Counted from the whole stretch's first letter, positions 20,530 through 30,451 are shown. The stretch is 63,682 bases of DNA, filler included, from Candidatus Zhuqueibacterota bacterium (GCA_016783505.1; 7 parts of 7 records of this genome joined end to end with filler, not necessarily neighbours in it); one strand, 5' to 3'. Notes: a model not told the origin generated them from the sequence alone. Numbers and translations are program-made.

Positions 20530-20712
20530 GCAATTTTACAATGTAGGTACACAGTTCTACTTTGATGGAATAAGTAGTAATGGTTGGCCGAAGAGTGCCC
20601 ACATTTACTACATTTACATTTTGAAGGAAGTGATTTGCCTAACGGCGTTTATTTCTACAGATTCGAGGCAGATCATTTTTCGCAAACGAGAAAGCTAACA
20701 TTGCTAAAATGA
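20530..20712 (+). pseudogene. Orphan T9SS CTD remnant inside cassette 1
   Basis: FEGSDLPNGVYFYRFEADHFSQTRKLTLLK* (20620-20712); frameshifted QFYNVG upstream. Confidence 0.8.
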
Positions 20713-20731
20713 GCGTAGACTCGGCGATCGT

Positions 20732-20864
20732 GTATAACAAGCGGCTTAACTCCGACCAAAGGGCGCCGGTTTTCTGAGCTGGTATGGTGCTATCTCAAAG
20801 CTTTTGGGGAGGTTGTAAGTAAGGTACGGTCTATCCCTTTGGCAGGTTAGCCGCAGCGTTAGGC
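20732..20864 (+). mobile_element. Integron attC site
   Basis: R'' GTATAAC, arm GCGGCTTAAC..CCAAAGGG pairs with CCCTTTGG..GTTAGCCGC, R' GTTAGGC; 133 bp. Confidence 0.88.
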
Positions 20865-20915
20865 GAGCGATAATACGGAAAGGCGGCCAAATTTGCTAGA
20901 GAAACCGAAATTCAT

Positions 20916-22274
20916 TTGAAGAGAAGGGAGCATGAAATGGCATATTACAATCAATTACCTTTCACGTACATGCAAGTTGGTATTAATAAGCATGAGTTCT
21001 CCGTCACCGCCAACTCACGAGCGGATAGTATCCGCAAGAGATTTCCCATCCCCATTTTTGTTTTCATGCTCAGCGTACTTGCTGTACTAAGCTGTACTAA
21101 ACAACCACCCCGTGAACTTAATGAAGGTCTTGCTTTTTATCGTCAGAATCAACTCGAGGAAGCGCTTCCACTCCTTGAACGTGCCGTTGAGCAGGACAAA
21201 GAGAACCCGGAGGCTTATGCCTGGCTTGCCGAGACCTACCGTCGCCTCCTGCAGATTGACAAGGCGATCAGCGCAGCGAGAAAAGCCATTGAGATAAATC
21301 CCTGTTATAGTTTCGCCCATACGGTTATGGCCGATGCATACAATCCCATGTACGGTTCCTGGGAAGGAGCAAACTTTGATACGACCTGGAAGCATCTACT
21401 CAGAGCAGTAGCATGCGATTCTGGCGATGGAAATGCCTGGCTGAGCATCTGGAGTGAGGCCATACGTCGTGGTGAGCACAACCAGATAAGAAAGGCACTT
21501 CGCTCTATGGTCGAGACCGGATTCCTGACACCAGCCGTTTTATCCTACAACCGCTGGATGTTACGCTATCTTCCAGAAAATGCGCTTCTCCTGACCAATG
21601 GAGATATGGACACCTATCCCGCTGTGGCCCTGCAGGAGGTCGAACATTTTCGTACAGACGTTGCGGTTGTGAATCAATCACTCCTCAACACAAGCTGGTA
21701 TGCACGATTCATCCGAGATCAATATGGAATACCACTTCCGTTTCGGGACACCGAACTGGATTCTCTCAGACCCTATCGGGATGAGAATGAAAACCTGATA
21801 TGGGTATCCAAACAGATTCTCAGAGGATGGCTGAATCAGCAGAAAAGGGGTGCTTTCCTGCGCCCAATTGCCATATCGGTCACTGTAAACCAGAGCTTTA
21901 TATCAGAGATCGAAGATCATCTTAAACCGATGGGAGCATTCTGGTTGTGGTTTCCAGAGCCCGTGGATAGCCCTCCGGATACCACCATGATGCGAGTCAG
22001 CCTCGCTAGTATAAACCCCGACGATTTTGCGGGTTCATTTGTGAGTCCCCAAGATCGCAGTCCCGTGCGGAGAACATACAGTAACGGCATGGTTAGAAAT
22101 GTGACTTCAACGGCTCTTCATTATAGCAACATCCTTATAAAGTCGGAACGTTTCTCGGAAGCAAACAAGATATTGACGTGGGCTGAAGAGTTCGAGAAAA
22201 AGACCGAGTTGGGGCCTGTTTTCACTGACCAAATTGCAAAACTCAAAGAAGCTGCACTACGGGAGATGAAATAG
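20916..22274 (+). CDS. TPR lipoprotein with DUF2723-like LTNGDMDTYP domain (cassette 2; start uncertain)
   Basis: VLSC lipobox, TPR repeats, directly after attC. Confidence 0.75.
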   Translation: MKRREHEMAYYNQLPFTYMQVGINKHEFSVTANSRADSIRKRFPIPIFVFMLSVLAVLSCTKQPPRELNEGLAFYRQNQLEEALPLLERAVEQDKENPEAYAWLAETYRRLLQIDKAISAARKAIEINPCYSFAHTVMADAYNPMYGSWEGANFDTTWKHLLRAVACDSGDGNAWLSIWSEAIRRGEHNQIRKALRSMVETGFLTPAVLSYNRWMLRYLPENALLLTNGDMDTYPAVALQEVEHFRTDVAVVNQSLLNTSWYARFIRDQYGIPLPFRDTELDSLRPYRDENENLIWVSKQILRGWLNQQKRGAFLRPIAISVTVNQSFISEIEDHLKPMGAFWLWFPEPVDSPPDTTMMRVSLASINPDDFAGSFVSPQDRSPVRRTYSNGMVRNVTSTALHYSNILIKSERFSEANKILTWAEEFEKKTELGPVFTDQIAKLKEAALREMK

Positions 22275-22384
22275 ACGCTCGGAAGAAGCCACTATTCAGG
22301 TCGAACAGGGTTGATAGACAGCAATGTTTGAAGTTTATGAACAGGAAAAAAGGATAATCGCAATCCTGAAGACAAAATAACTAG

Positions 22385-22726
22385 ATGAAACCAAAAAATT
22401 CAATGAATACAACTAAAACCCGGGAAGGAAGATATCTTTTAAAATTTTCCTTCCTGATCGTTGCGATTTTCTACCTATCCATATCTTTATTTCTGCCCTT
22501 TCTTCACAACCATCCTCATGATAATGGAGAATTTCATGACAATTGTCCCGCCTGCCACTTGGAGCGTCCATCCCAGTTCTGCAATGATGATCCGGATCAG
22601 ACTCAAGATTTTATCATTTTGACCAACAAATCATTTATCCGCTTTTCCCTAATCAATACTTACCTATTTACCCCCCAATTTTACCACCAAAGCCTTTCCA
22701 CTCGTGCCCCGCCCTTAGCCGCCTGA
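22385..22726 (+). CDS. DUF2946/CruR-like small protein (TM, His-rich, CxxC, C-terminal RAPP)
   Basis: Hydrophobic N-terminus; HNHPH..HDNCPACH; ends STRAPPLAA*. Confidence 0.8.
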   Translation: MKPKNSMNTTKTREGRYLLKFSFLIVAIFYLSISLFLPFLHNHPHDNGEFHDNCPACHLERPSQFCNDDPDQTQDFIILTNKSFIRFSLINTYLFTPQFYHQSLSTRAPPLAA

Positions 22727-22911
22727 TCCCCATTTTGTAAACAAGATTTCTACCTGATGTCCTTATTGTGAGATCGTCAAACAAGTCTCGGCTGGATTGG
22801 CATACTACCAGAACGACTTTTTCAGTAATCAGATTTACCGATTGATTCCTACAACCATTTTTTATTGTAAAATTAATATTATGAAATCATACTTTGAAAA
22901 AGAGATGAAAA

Positions 22912-24198
22912 GTGAATATCAATAATAAAAAGTCAATATTCATAATTATTAGTTTTGTTTTATTTTCAATGAATTTAAGTATTGCATTTTCATGTAATTT
23001 AGCAGATTTCTTATTTAACAGAAGTTATTTAACTAGACAGTGGAAAGGTTATCGCCCGAAATTGGAAGATATGGGTATTATTTTTAATTTGGATTATACA
23101 AGCGATCTATTTTCTAATGTATCTGGTGGTCTTAATTCAAAATCGGTATATCTTGATAATATAGATATTACGCTTTCTCTCGAAATGGAAAAGTTAACAG
23201 GCTGGAAAGGAACTGACCTCTATTTTTACATTCTGGGAAACCATGGAAAAAGCCCAAGCGAACTGACAGGTGATATTCAGGCTTTAAGTAATATTGATGC
23301 TTATAATACCTGGAAATTATATGAAGCCTGGATTCAAAATAAATTTTTAAATGATAGGACATCTATTTTAACAGGTCTCTATGACTTAAATTCTGAATTC
23401 GATGTTATCGAGACCGCAGGATTATTTATTAATAGCTCCCATGGTATAGGACCTGATTTTTCGCAAAGTGGAAAGAATGGCCCGTCAATCTTTCCAACCA
23501 CGTCTGTTGGTTTACGTATTAAATTTGTACTCAATGAAAAATACTATTTTCAATTTGCTGTTTTAGATGGTGTACCGGGTGACCCTGAAAATCCCAACGG
23601 TACTCACATTATTTTCAGGAAAGGAGATGGCCTTCTTCTCGCCAGTGAATGGAAGTATTGTCTACAAAGTAGTGAATCTTCTGAAGTCAATTCTACAAAA
23701 ATTGCAATTGGAGGATGGTACTATACCGGAATGTTTAATCATATTTTTAGGGAAAATATACAGGGAAAACCTGTTAACCAGACAGGCAATTATGGTATGT
23801 ATATATTAGGCGAAACCAAAATATTTTCGGAAACGAGTTCTTTAAACCAGGGAGTTTCAATATTTTCCCGGTTTGGTTTCGCTGATCCGAAAGTGAATCA
23901 GTTTCATTACTATTTTGGAGGAGGTTTTGTATATAACGGGTTAATACCTGGACGAAACGAAGATAAATTAGGTCTGGCTATAGCGACTGTGATAAACGGG
24001 GAAAACTTTAAGAAGATGAATTATCAATCCGGTAATACCGTGGATGATTTTGAAACTGCTGTGGAATTTACTTATCTGTTCTTACTTTCTCCTTGTCTTT
24101 CACTGCAGCCTGACATTCAATATATTATCAATCCTTCAATGGACAAAAAAATAAATAACGCTTTAGCAATCGGATGCCGGTTTATACTTTTGTTTTGA
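22912..24198 (+). CDS. OprB-family porin
   Basis: LEDMGI, SNIDA..KLYEAW, GLYDLNSEF, GPSIFP, QPDIQYIINP, terminal F. Confidence 0.88.
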   Translation: MNINNKKSIFIIISFVLFSMNLSIAFSCNLADFLFNRSYLTRQWKGYRPKLEDMGIIFNLDYTSDLFSNVSGGLNSKSVYLDNIDITLSLEMEKLTGWKGTDLYFYILGNHGKSPSELTGDIQALSNIDAYNTWKLYEAWIQNKFLNDRTSILTGLYDLNSEFDVIETAGLFINSSHGIGPDFSQSGKNGPSIFPTTSVGLRIKFVLNEKYYFQFAVLDGVPGDPENPNGTHIIFRKGDGLLLASEWKYCLQSSESSEVNSTKIAIGGWYYTGMFNHIFRENIQGKPVNQTGNYGMYILGETKIFSETSSLNQGVSIFSRFGFADPKVNQFHYYFGGGFVYNGLIPGRNEDKLGLAIATVINGENFKKMNYQSGNTVDDFETAVEFTYLFLLSPCLSLQPDIQYIINPSMDKKINNALAIGCRFILLF

Positions 24199-24244
24199 GA
24201 TTTAAAAAGATATTCATAATTATTTTATTCTAAAGGAGACAACC

Positions 24245-25591
24245 ATGAAAGCCTTTGGACCAAAACTATCCCTACTGTTCTTCCTGAGCCTTGCTACCTT
24301 AACCACTGCCCAGGAATCGAGCAACCCCAAAAGCATCAAGGAAGTTAATAGGGATCTGACAAAGCTCAAAGAAGAACTAAATGGACTGAAAAACGACTAC
24401 CAGGCAAAGATTGAAGAGCTTAGTGAGAAAATCAGTCAACTGGAAAAAACCAAAGCCGCAGAAGAGGAGAAAACCGAATTGGAAAAGCTGCTCAATTCGG
24501 CTCGAGATTTTGCTAAAAGAGAAAAAGAGGAAGAGGTCACTATCGCAAGAGTTTTCCGAGGAGGTCAGAGGCAGCTTCAAGCTCTTAATCCCAACATCAG
24601 CATGACCGGGGATTTTTATGGAAGCATAAGCAATGTTAGTTCTATACACCATGAACACGAAGATGAAAATAATCATGTTCATGCTCATGGGATCGTGGAG
24701 CGAAACCGATTCGCCCTCAGGGAAGCGGAATTTCACATCATAGCGCCGCTTGACCCCTTTACCCGGGGTAAATTCTTTCTCGGGGTCCCCGGGGACGGTA
24801 ATCTTCATGTGTGCGAGGCCTACATGGAGTGGTTAAACCTACCAGCAAGGATGAATCTCAAGATAGGCAAGTTCAACACTCAATTCGGCATTCTCAATCG
24901 CTGGCACGATCATGGTCTGCCGCAGATTGATAGGCCACGGGCCCTTATCAATTTGTTTGCCGGCAGTCTTAACGGCGTTGGAGTTTCAGCGAACTTCTTA
25001 TTGCCCAAGCTCTGGGCCCATGTCAACGAGCTGGATCTGGAGGTCGTGACCGGTGGAGACGGCGTGAGCTTTGATACCGCCTATGACAATGTTATAATCG
25101 TCTCTCATTTAAAAAATTATTATGACCTGACCCGGAATACCTATCTGGAAATCGGTCTCTCTGGCGCTCACGGCTGCAACGATAAGGAAAATGACTACAG
25201 AACATTTTTAGCCGCCCTGGATATGACTTACAAGTGGGTTCCGGCCGGACGGTCTCACTATCGAACCGTAGAATTCCGCAACGAGTTTTTTTATAGCCAC
25301 AGGGAGGCTCCCACGGAAAACATCAATCGAATCGGTTTCTATTCCTACATCTCAAACAGGATGGGAGCAAGTTTCTGGACGGGTGTCCGTTACGGCTATT
25401 CGGAATTGCCAAGAGAGATTGAGAAAGATTATGAATGGGACATATCTCCTTACATTGACTTCTGGCAGAGCGAGTTTGTGATGATGCGGCTACAATATAG
25501 TTACACCTATCGGAACTATGCGGAAAACGATCATTCCGTTTTTCTTCAGTCGGTCTGGTCTATGGGACCACACAAACATGAGGCTTATTAA
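24245..25591 (+). CDS. His-rich outer-membrane beta-barrel associated with Zn/Mn ABC systems
   Basis: Signal peptide, coiled coil, LNPNIS, HHEHEDENNHVHAH, FGILNRWHDH, C-terminal GPHKHEAY. Confidence 0.75.
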   Translation: MKAFGPKLSLLFFLSLATLTTAQESSNPKSIKEVNRDLTKLKEELNGLKNDYQAKIEELSEKISQLEKTKAAEEEKTELEKLLNSARDFAKREKEEEVTIARVFRGGQRQLQALNPNISMTGDFYGSISNVSSIHHEHEDENNHVHAHGIVERNRFALREAEFHIIAPLDPFTRGKFFLGVPGDGNLHVCEAYMEWLNLPARMNLKIGKFNTQFGILNRWHDHGLPQIDRPRALINLFAGSLNGVGVSANFLLPKLWAHVNELDLEVVTGGDGVSFDTAYDNVIIVSHLKNYYDLTRNTYLEIGLSGAHGCNDKENDYRTFLAALDMTYKWVPAGRSHYRTVEFRNEFFYSHREAPTENINRIGFYSYISNRMGASFWTGVRYGYSELPREIEKDYEWDISPYIDFWQSEFVMMRLQYSYTYRNYAENDHSVFLQSVWSMGPHKHEAY

Positions 25592-25727
25592 CAGAACACG
25601 GTTGCGCAATAATACCAATTTTTAAAAAAGAAGTAATCGAATGGAGTGTTGGTGTAAAATGATACCTTATACCAGATGGTTGTTCGATTTGTAGAAATTC
25701 CATGACATAAAAGAAAGGAGCATTGAA

Positions 25728-26798
25728 ATGAAGAATATCAAATTACTAGCTTTGATAGGTTGTTCGCTTCTGTTGGTGTTATCGAGTATCTTCGCCGGGT
25801 CTAACGATCCTAAAACTAAGCCCGCGCTGAGGGTGGTCACCTCTTTTTCCGATTATGCCTCCATTGCTCATGAAATAGGCAGGGAGAAGGTGATGGTGGA
25901 GTATCTCTCTTATGGGGATCAGGATCCTCACTTTGTTCCTCCGAAGCCCAGCTTGGCTCTGAAGCTGAAAGACGCGGATTTATTTGTCACCACCGGACTG
26001 GATTTGGAAATGTGGGCGACTACTCTTTTGGATAAGGCCCGCAATAAAAAGATTATGGACGGCGCCTTCGGCTATGTGACGGCCTATCCTGGCATCAAGC
26101 TTTTGCAAAAATCAACCACCGCGCTGAGTCGAACCGAGGGGGATATTCACATCTACGGGAATCCCCACATTCACACCAGCCCCATGAATTGGAAGCCCAT
26201 TTCCGAAAACATCCTCATCGGGCTGAAGAAAGTGGATCCTGATAATTCAGAATACTATGAGCTAAGACAAAGGGCTTTCGTTGACAGAGTCGATCGCGCC
26301 ATGTTTGGGGACGAATTGGATGATTTGATCGGTGGAGAAAGGTTAACTGATTTAGTCCTGGCAGGGACTCTTTTTGATTTCCTGGAGAAAGAATACAGGG
26401 GCAAAAAATTGCTGAACAAATTGGGTGGGTGGCTAAAGAAGGCTCTCCCCTTTCGGGGCAAAAAGGTCATGGCCTACCATAAGAATTGGGCCTATTTTGC
26501 TCGGGATTTCGGACTAACCGTAATCGGCTATATTGAACCAAAACCGGGAATTCCCCCCACACCGAAGCATGTACAGCGAACCATTAGTCTGATTAAAGAA
26601 CACGGCGTCGATGTCATGCTGGTAGCGAGCTATTTTGAAAGAAGGAAGCCCAACACGATAGCCCGAAAAACGGGTGTGAAAGCCCTCTTCTTGCCCCTTT
26701 CGGTGGGTGGGATTCCAGAAGTTTCGGATAATTTCAAGCTTATTGATTACTGGATTGATAGCATCAATGATGCCATGGAAAGACCATTCAGCGAATAA
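25728..26798 (+). CDS. ZnuA/TroA-family metal-binding protein
   Basis: QDPHF, GNPHIH, YHKNW, EPKPGIPP. Confidence 0.9.
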   Translation: MKNIKLLALIGCSLLLVLSSIFAGSNDPKTKPALRVVTSFSDYASIAHEIGREKVMVEYLSYGDQDPHFVPPKPSLALKLKDADLFVTTGLDLEMWATTLLDKARNKKIMDGAFGYVTAYPGIKLLQKSTTALSRTEGDIHIYGNPHIHTSPMNWKPISENILIGLKKVDPDNSEYYELRQRAFVDRVDRAMFGDELDDLIGGERLTDLVLAGTLFDFLEKEYRGKKLLNKLGGWLKKALPFRGKKVMAYHKNWAYFARDFGLTVIGYIEPKPGIPPTPKHVQRTISLIKEHGVDVMLVASYFERRKPNTIARKTGVKALFLPLSVGGIPEVSDNFKLIDYWIDSINDAMERPFSE

Positions 26799-26822
26799 CT
26801 ATCCTAAGATCAGGAGCAATCA

Positions 26823-27635
26823 ATGCTGGAAACTCTTAAATTTTTATCCATTCAGATTATACTGTTGACAGTCGTAACCTCTGTGCATACCTATCTGGGG
26901 CTTCACGTCATCCGGCGGGGGATCGTATTCTCCGACCTGTCCCTAGATCAGTTGGCGGCATTCGGCGTGATAGTAGGAATCAGCCTGGGTATAGAGGGCG
27001 GTACCACCGGATCCTATATTGTCTCTTTTGTTGCCGTACTGATGGGTTCCGTGCTGCTTGCTTATGTGAAACCCAAGAACAAAATGATCCCCCAGGAGGC
27101 GGTCATCGGTATTATTTATGGCCTGGCCTTGGTTGCCTCTATCATGGTAGCCGACAAGTTCTCCGGCGGTTCGGCCTATGTCACCCAGATCTTGTCAGGC
27201 TGTATGCTCTGGGTGAGTTGGCCCCTGGTCCTGGTGACCGTTTTGGTCTATATCGTGTTATCCCTTTTTCTATATAAATATCGGAAAATATTCATCGCCA
27301 TCACCGAAAAGACGGAAGAGGTGGATAACGAGAATTTTTGGGATCTATTATTTTTCATCTCCCTGGGCATCATTACGGTACTCATCGTTCCCATCGCCGG
27401 CGTTCTTTTGGCGTACGGCTTCTTAATGATCCCGGCGGCCATTGCCGCCCTTTTCACCAAAGGCTGGGCACAAGGGCTGAGAATCGGCTGGATCATTGGG
27501 TTTATTGCCTCCATGGTTGGCCTTTTCTCTTCTTATTTCTTTAAGCTACCTTATGGCCCCAGTCTGGTACTGGCTCTCGGAGCATTTTTTATTGGCGCGC
27601 TGATTCTACGCTATATGTTACCCGAACGGAAATAG
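26823..27635 (+). CDS. Metal ABC transporter permease (ZnuB/ABC-3)
   Basis: YLGLHVIRRGIVFSDL, QEAVIG, multiple TM segments. Confidence 0.9.
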   Translation: MLETLKFLSIQIILLTVVTSVHTYLGLHVIRRGIVFSDLSLDQLAAFGVIVGISLGIEGGTTGSYIVSFVAVLMGSVLLAYVKPKNKMIPQEAVIGIIYGLALVASIMVADKFSGGSAYVTQILSGCMLWVSWPLVLVTVLVYIVLSLFLYKYRKIFIAITEKTEEVDNENFWDLLFFISLGIITVLIVPIAGVLLAYGFLMIPAAIAALFTKGWAQGLRIGWIIGFIASMVGLFSSYFFKLPYGPSLVLALGAFFIGALILRYMLPERK

Positions 27636-27660
27636 TTTGCTCACCGAAAGGACTTAAAAT

Positions 27661-28479
27661 ATGTGGGAAATAATTCAGTTCTTATTTCCGCCTTTTGTCG
27701 CCTGTCTAACTATGATAGTGATCTTTGGGTACCTAGGCATTCATGTTCTGGAAAGGGAAATCATATTCATAGATATCGCCCTGGCCCAGATTGCGGCGGT
27801 AGGTTCTACTTCGGCTTTTATTCTTTTTAGAACGGAAGAGCACAGCCTCATAGCCTATATCTGTGCCCTTGGCTTTTCTTTACTGGCAGCCGTTTTCTTC
27901 TCTCAAGTTGGAAAGAGGGTAACCCAAATTCCCCAGGAGGCGATAATAGGTGTTTCCTATGCAATTGCTGCTGCCGCCGCTCTATTTCTCCTCGCTATGG
28001 CTGCTGGTGGGGATGTTCACCTTGAGCATATGCTCACCGGAAGTATACTCTGGGCCAAATGGTCTGATATTCTTCCATGTGCCGGAGTGTATGCTGCAGT
28101 TGGATTATTTCATTACATTTTTCGGGATAAATTCAGAAAAATATCCCGGGATTATCAGGGCGCCATCAAAGAGGGAATCAAAGTTGGGCGGTGGGATTTT
28201 CTGTTCTATGCCTCTTTGGGAATTGTGGTCACATTTTCGATCCGGATTGCCGGAGTGCTGGTGGTATTTTCATTCCTGATTATCCCGGCGACTTTTGCGG
28301 CTATGTTTGCCCAAAGCTGGGGAAAAAGACTGACCATCGCCTGGGGTATCGGGTTAGCGGCCTCGATAGCAGGTCTGGCCTTCTCTTACCTCTTCGATTT
28401 CTCCAGCGGGCCCTCGGTGATTACATTCCTGGGATTGGCTCTGATCGTGACAGCTCTGGTGAAACAGTCAAAGCCGTAA
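27661..28479 (+). CDS. Second metal ABC transporter permease (ZnuB/ABC-3)
   Basis: YLGIHVLEREIIFIDIALAQ, QEAIIG, GVLVVFSFLIIPA. Confidence 0.9.
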   Translation: MWEIIQFLFPPFVACLTMIVIFGYLGIHVLEREIIFIDIALAQIAAVGSTSAFILFRTEEHSLIAYICALGFSLLAAVFFSQVGKRVTQIPQEAIIGVSYAIAAAAALFLLAMAAGGDVHLEHMLTGSILWAKWSDILPCAGVYAAVGLFHYIFRDKFRKISRDYQGAIKEGIKVGRWDFLFYASLGIVVTFSIRIAGVLVVFSFLIIPATFAAMFAQSWGKRLTIAWGIGLAASIAGLAFSYLFDFSSGPSVITFLGLALIVTALVKQSKP

Positions 28480-28540
28480 TGAGCATAAAATTATAGGGAA
28501 ATAAAAGATTTCCTCGTCAGCGACACCTTTCAAAAACAAC

Positions 28541-28573
28541 AAAGCCGGGTCTCAAGCCCGGCTTTTTCCTTTT
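28541..28573 (+). terminator. Rho-independent terminator of the metal operon
   Basis: AAAGCCGGG-tctcaag-CCCGGCTTTTT. Confidence 0.8.
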
Positions 28574-28647
28574 TCAAATGTCCATTACAAAAATCCTCTG
28601 GTTACACCATTTAAAGACCCCAAGGTAAAAAATTATCAATTTTTTAC

Positions 28648-28676
28648 TTGCAATTTTTTGAATAATTATTTAAATT
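28648..28676 (+). promoter_or_regulatory. Sigma70-like promoter upstream of the intI remnant
   Basis: TTGCAA-17-TAAATT. Confidence 0.45.
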
Positions 28677-28745
28677 AAAAAATACGCTATACCTTGGTTT
28701 AAAATCAAGGGGGCTTTTAACGCCTATGCCGCCGTGATTGAGAAT

Positions 28746-28895
28746 ATGGATGAGCTTTTTAGTCAAAATTCCACTGCTGAAAAGAAACAGTAACTCCTCA
28801 ATCAGGTTCGTTTTGCCATTCAAACCAAACATTACAGCATCAGAACTGAAGAATCATATATCCATGAATTACATCATCCCAAACATTTCTCTTAG
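28746..28895 (+). pseudogene. intI: Integron integrase N-terminal remnant
   Basis: MDELFSQNSTAEKKQ*LLNQVRFAIQTKHYSIRTEESYIH..HHPK..*, matching the IntI LLDQVR..IR..HYS.RTE..Y start; catalytic domain absent. Confidence 0.85.
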
Positions 28896-28994
28896 GTTTA
28901 TATGCCTTCATTTGGCGTATAAGAAACTCAACTTGTTGAATAAATGGATTTTGAAAGGAGATATTGGGGGGGGTTATACGGCATTTTTAGACGT

Positions 28995-29105
28995 ATAAGC
29001 CTAGAGAACCTCATTGCTTTAATTGTATGTTTTACAATTAGATGATTACCTATTTCGGTTAGTTTCTGTTTGGGTTTATACGGCCAGATTTGCCGTGTTT
29101 GGGAT
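28995..29105 (+). repeat. 111-bp terminal direct repeat, copy 2
   Basis: Identical to 19765-19875. Confidence 0.97.
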
Positions 29106-29205
29106 NNNNNNNNNNNNNNNNNNNNNNNNNNNNNNNNNNNNNNNNNNNNTTAATTAATTAANNNNNNNNNNNNNNNNNNNNNNNNNNNNNNNNNNNNNNN
29201 NNNNN
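29106..29205. other. Artificial contig spacer
   Basis: N-run with linker. Confidence 0.99.
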
Positions 29206-30246
29206 CTCTTTCAAACGGTAGAAACGCCGATGGTCCTTCCCTGAAAGCTCGTCCCACTCCAGCTCATACTCCTCCAATCGTTTTTGTGACACATTCTCTT
29301 CCCTGATCGCCCGAGCGGCCACCTGACCGGCCAGCCTTCCCGCCTCCATGGCGTTAATAATTCCACCTCCGCTCATAGGGTTAGACTGATGAGCTGCATC
29401 CCCGGCTAACATAAACCCGTTGGTCACCATTCTTTTCACGGGTTTATCAATGGGTACCCCACCGGCCACCATGGTAAGGATGGCCGCCCCCGGAAACCGT
29501 TTTTCAACAAACTCATTTAAATAAGAAAGGGGGGAACGATTCTTCACATAATCCCCGCGGATTCCGATACCGACGTTGGCCAACCTCTCCCCTTTAGGGA
29601 AGATCCAGACGTAGCCGCCCGGGGCCACTTTTTTGCCGAAGAAGAAGTCGCAAAATCGTTGGTCAATGGCGGAATGGGCTAGGGTCATCTGAGCACAGAT
29701 CTCCATGTTACGAGGAGTGGTCATGGTACGCAGACCGGCCCAGCGGCCGGCACGGGACTCTACCCCATCAGCACCGATTACCACCTGAGCCCCGATCATC
29801 TGTTCCCGGCCATCGTAAAGGACAGTCACCCCCTTCACCCATCCGTTTTCCCGGATTAGACCGTTCACAAAGGCCTTAGTCAATATTCGGACACCCCTGG
29901 CCGCCGCTTGCCTGGCCAGCTCATAATCAAACACCTTGCGATTTAGGATATAACCCAATTCTTGGCTGTATACGGGAACCACCGTCCCATCAGGGGCGAT
30001 GAACCGAACCCCATCAATGCGGTTAGCAATCCAGCGGTCATCCGGTTCCATAAACTCTTTTAGCCCCTTCACCCCCACCCCCTCGGCGCACCTCACCGGA
30101 ACGCCTATCTCCCGGTCCTTCTCCAGAAGAAGAACGCTAACTCCCCCCTCAGCCGCTGTCCGGGCCGCCAGCAACCCCGCCGGCCCCCCGCCGACCACGA
30201 TGACATCATAAGATTCTTTGAAAACCAAGGCTCTCTCCCATCCCAC
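29206..30246 (-). CDS. Geranylgeranyl reductase family flavoprotein (archaeal DGGGPL-reductase-like), 3'-truncated
   Basis: GGGPAG, PVRCAEG, LNRKVFD, ADGVES, PGGYVWIFPKG, GDAAH..PMSGGGI. Confidence 0.9.
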
Positions 30247-30253
30247 TCAAACT

Positions 30254-30451
30254 TTAAACCATATCTTCTTGAAAGGTCAGCGCTTCAAATGGACAGACAT
30301 GAACACAGTTCAGACAATCCGTGCAGGCTTCCTTGTCTATAACTATTTTGGCCTCATATAGTTCGATGCAATCAGCTGGACAGACGGCCACACACACCCC
30401 GCAAAAGTCACATCTTCCTTCCCTAATTTCGATCATTTCCTCACCTGCCAA
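30254..30451 (-). CDS. 2x[4Fe-4S] ferredoxin
   Basis: CDFCGVCVAVCP and CTDCLNCVHVCP. Confidence 0.93.
   Translation of the reverse strand: MAGEEMIEIREGRCDFCGVCVAVCPADCIELYEAKIVIDKEACTDCLNCVHVCPFEALTFQEDMV

Noticed and set aside
28738-28998. 86-aa ORF in the ORF track
   Set aside because: Shadow frame; the informative reading is the interrupted intI remnant in another frame.
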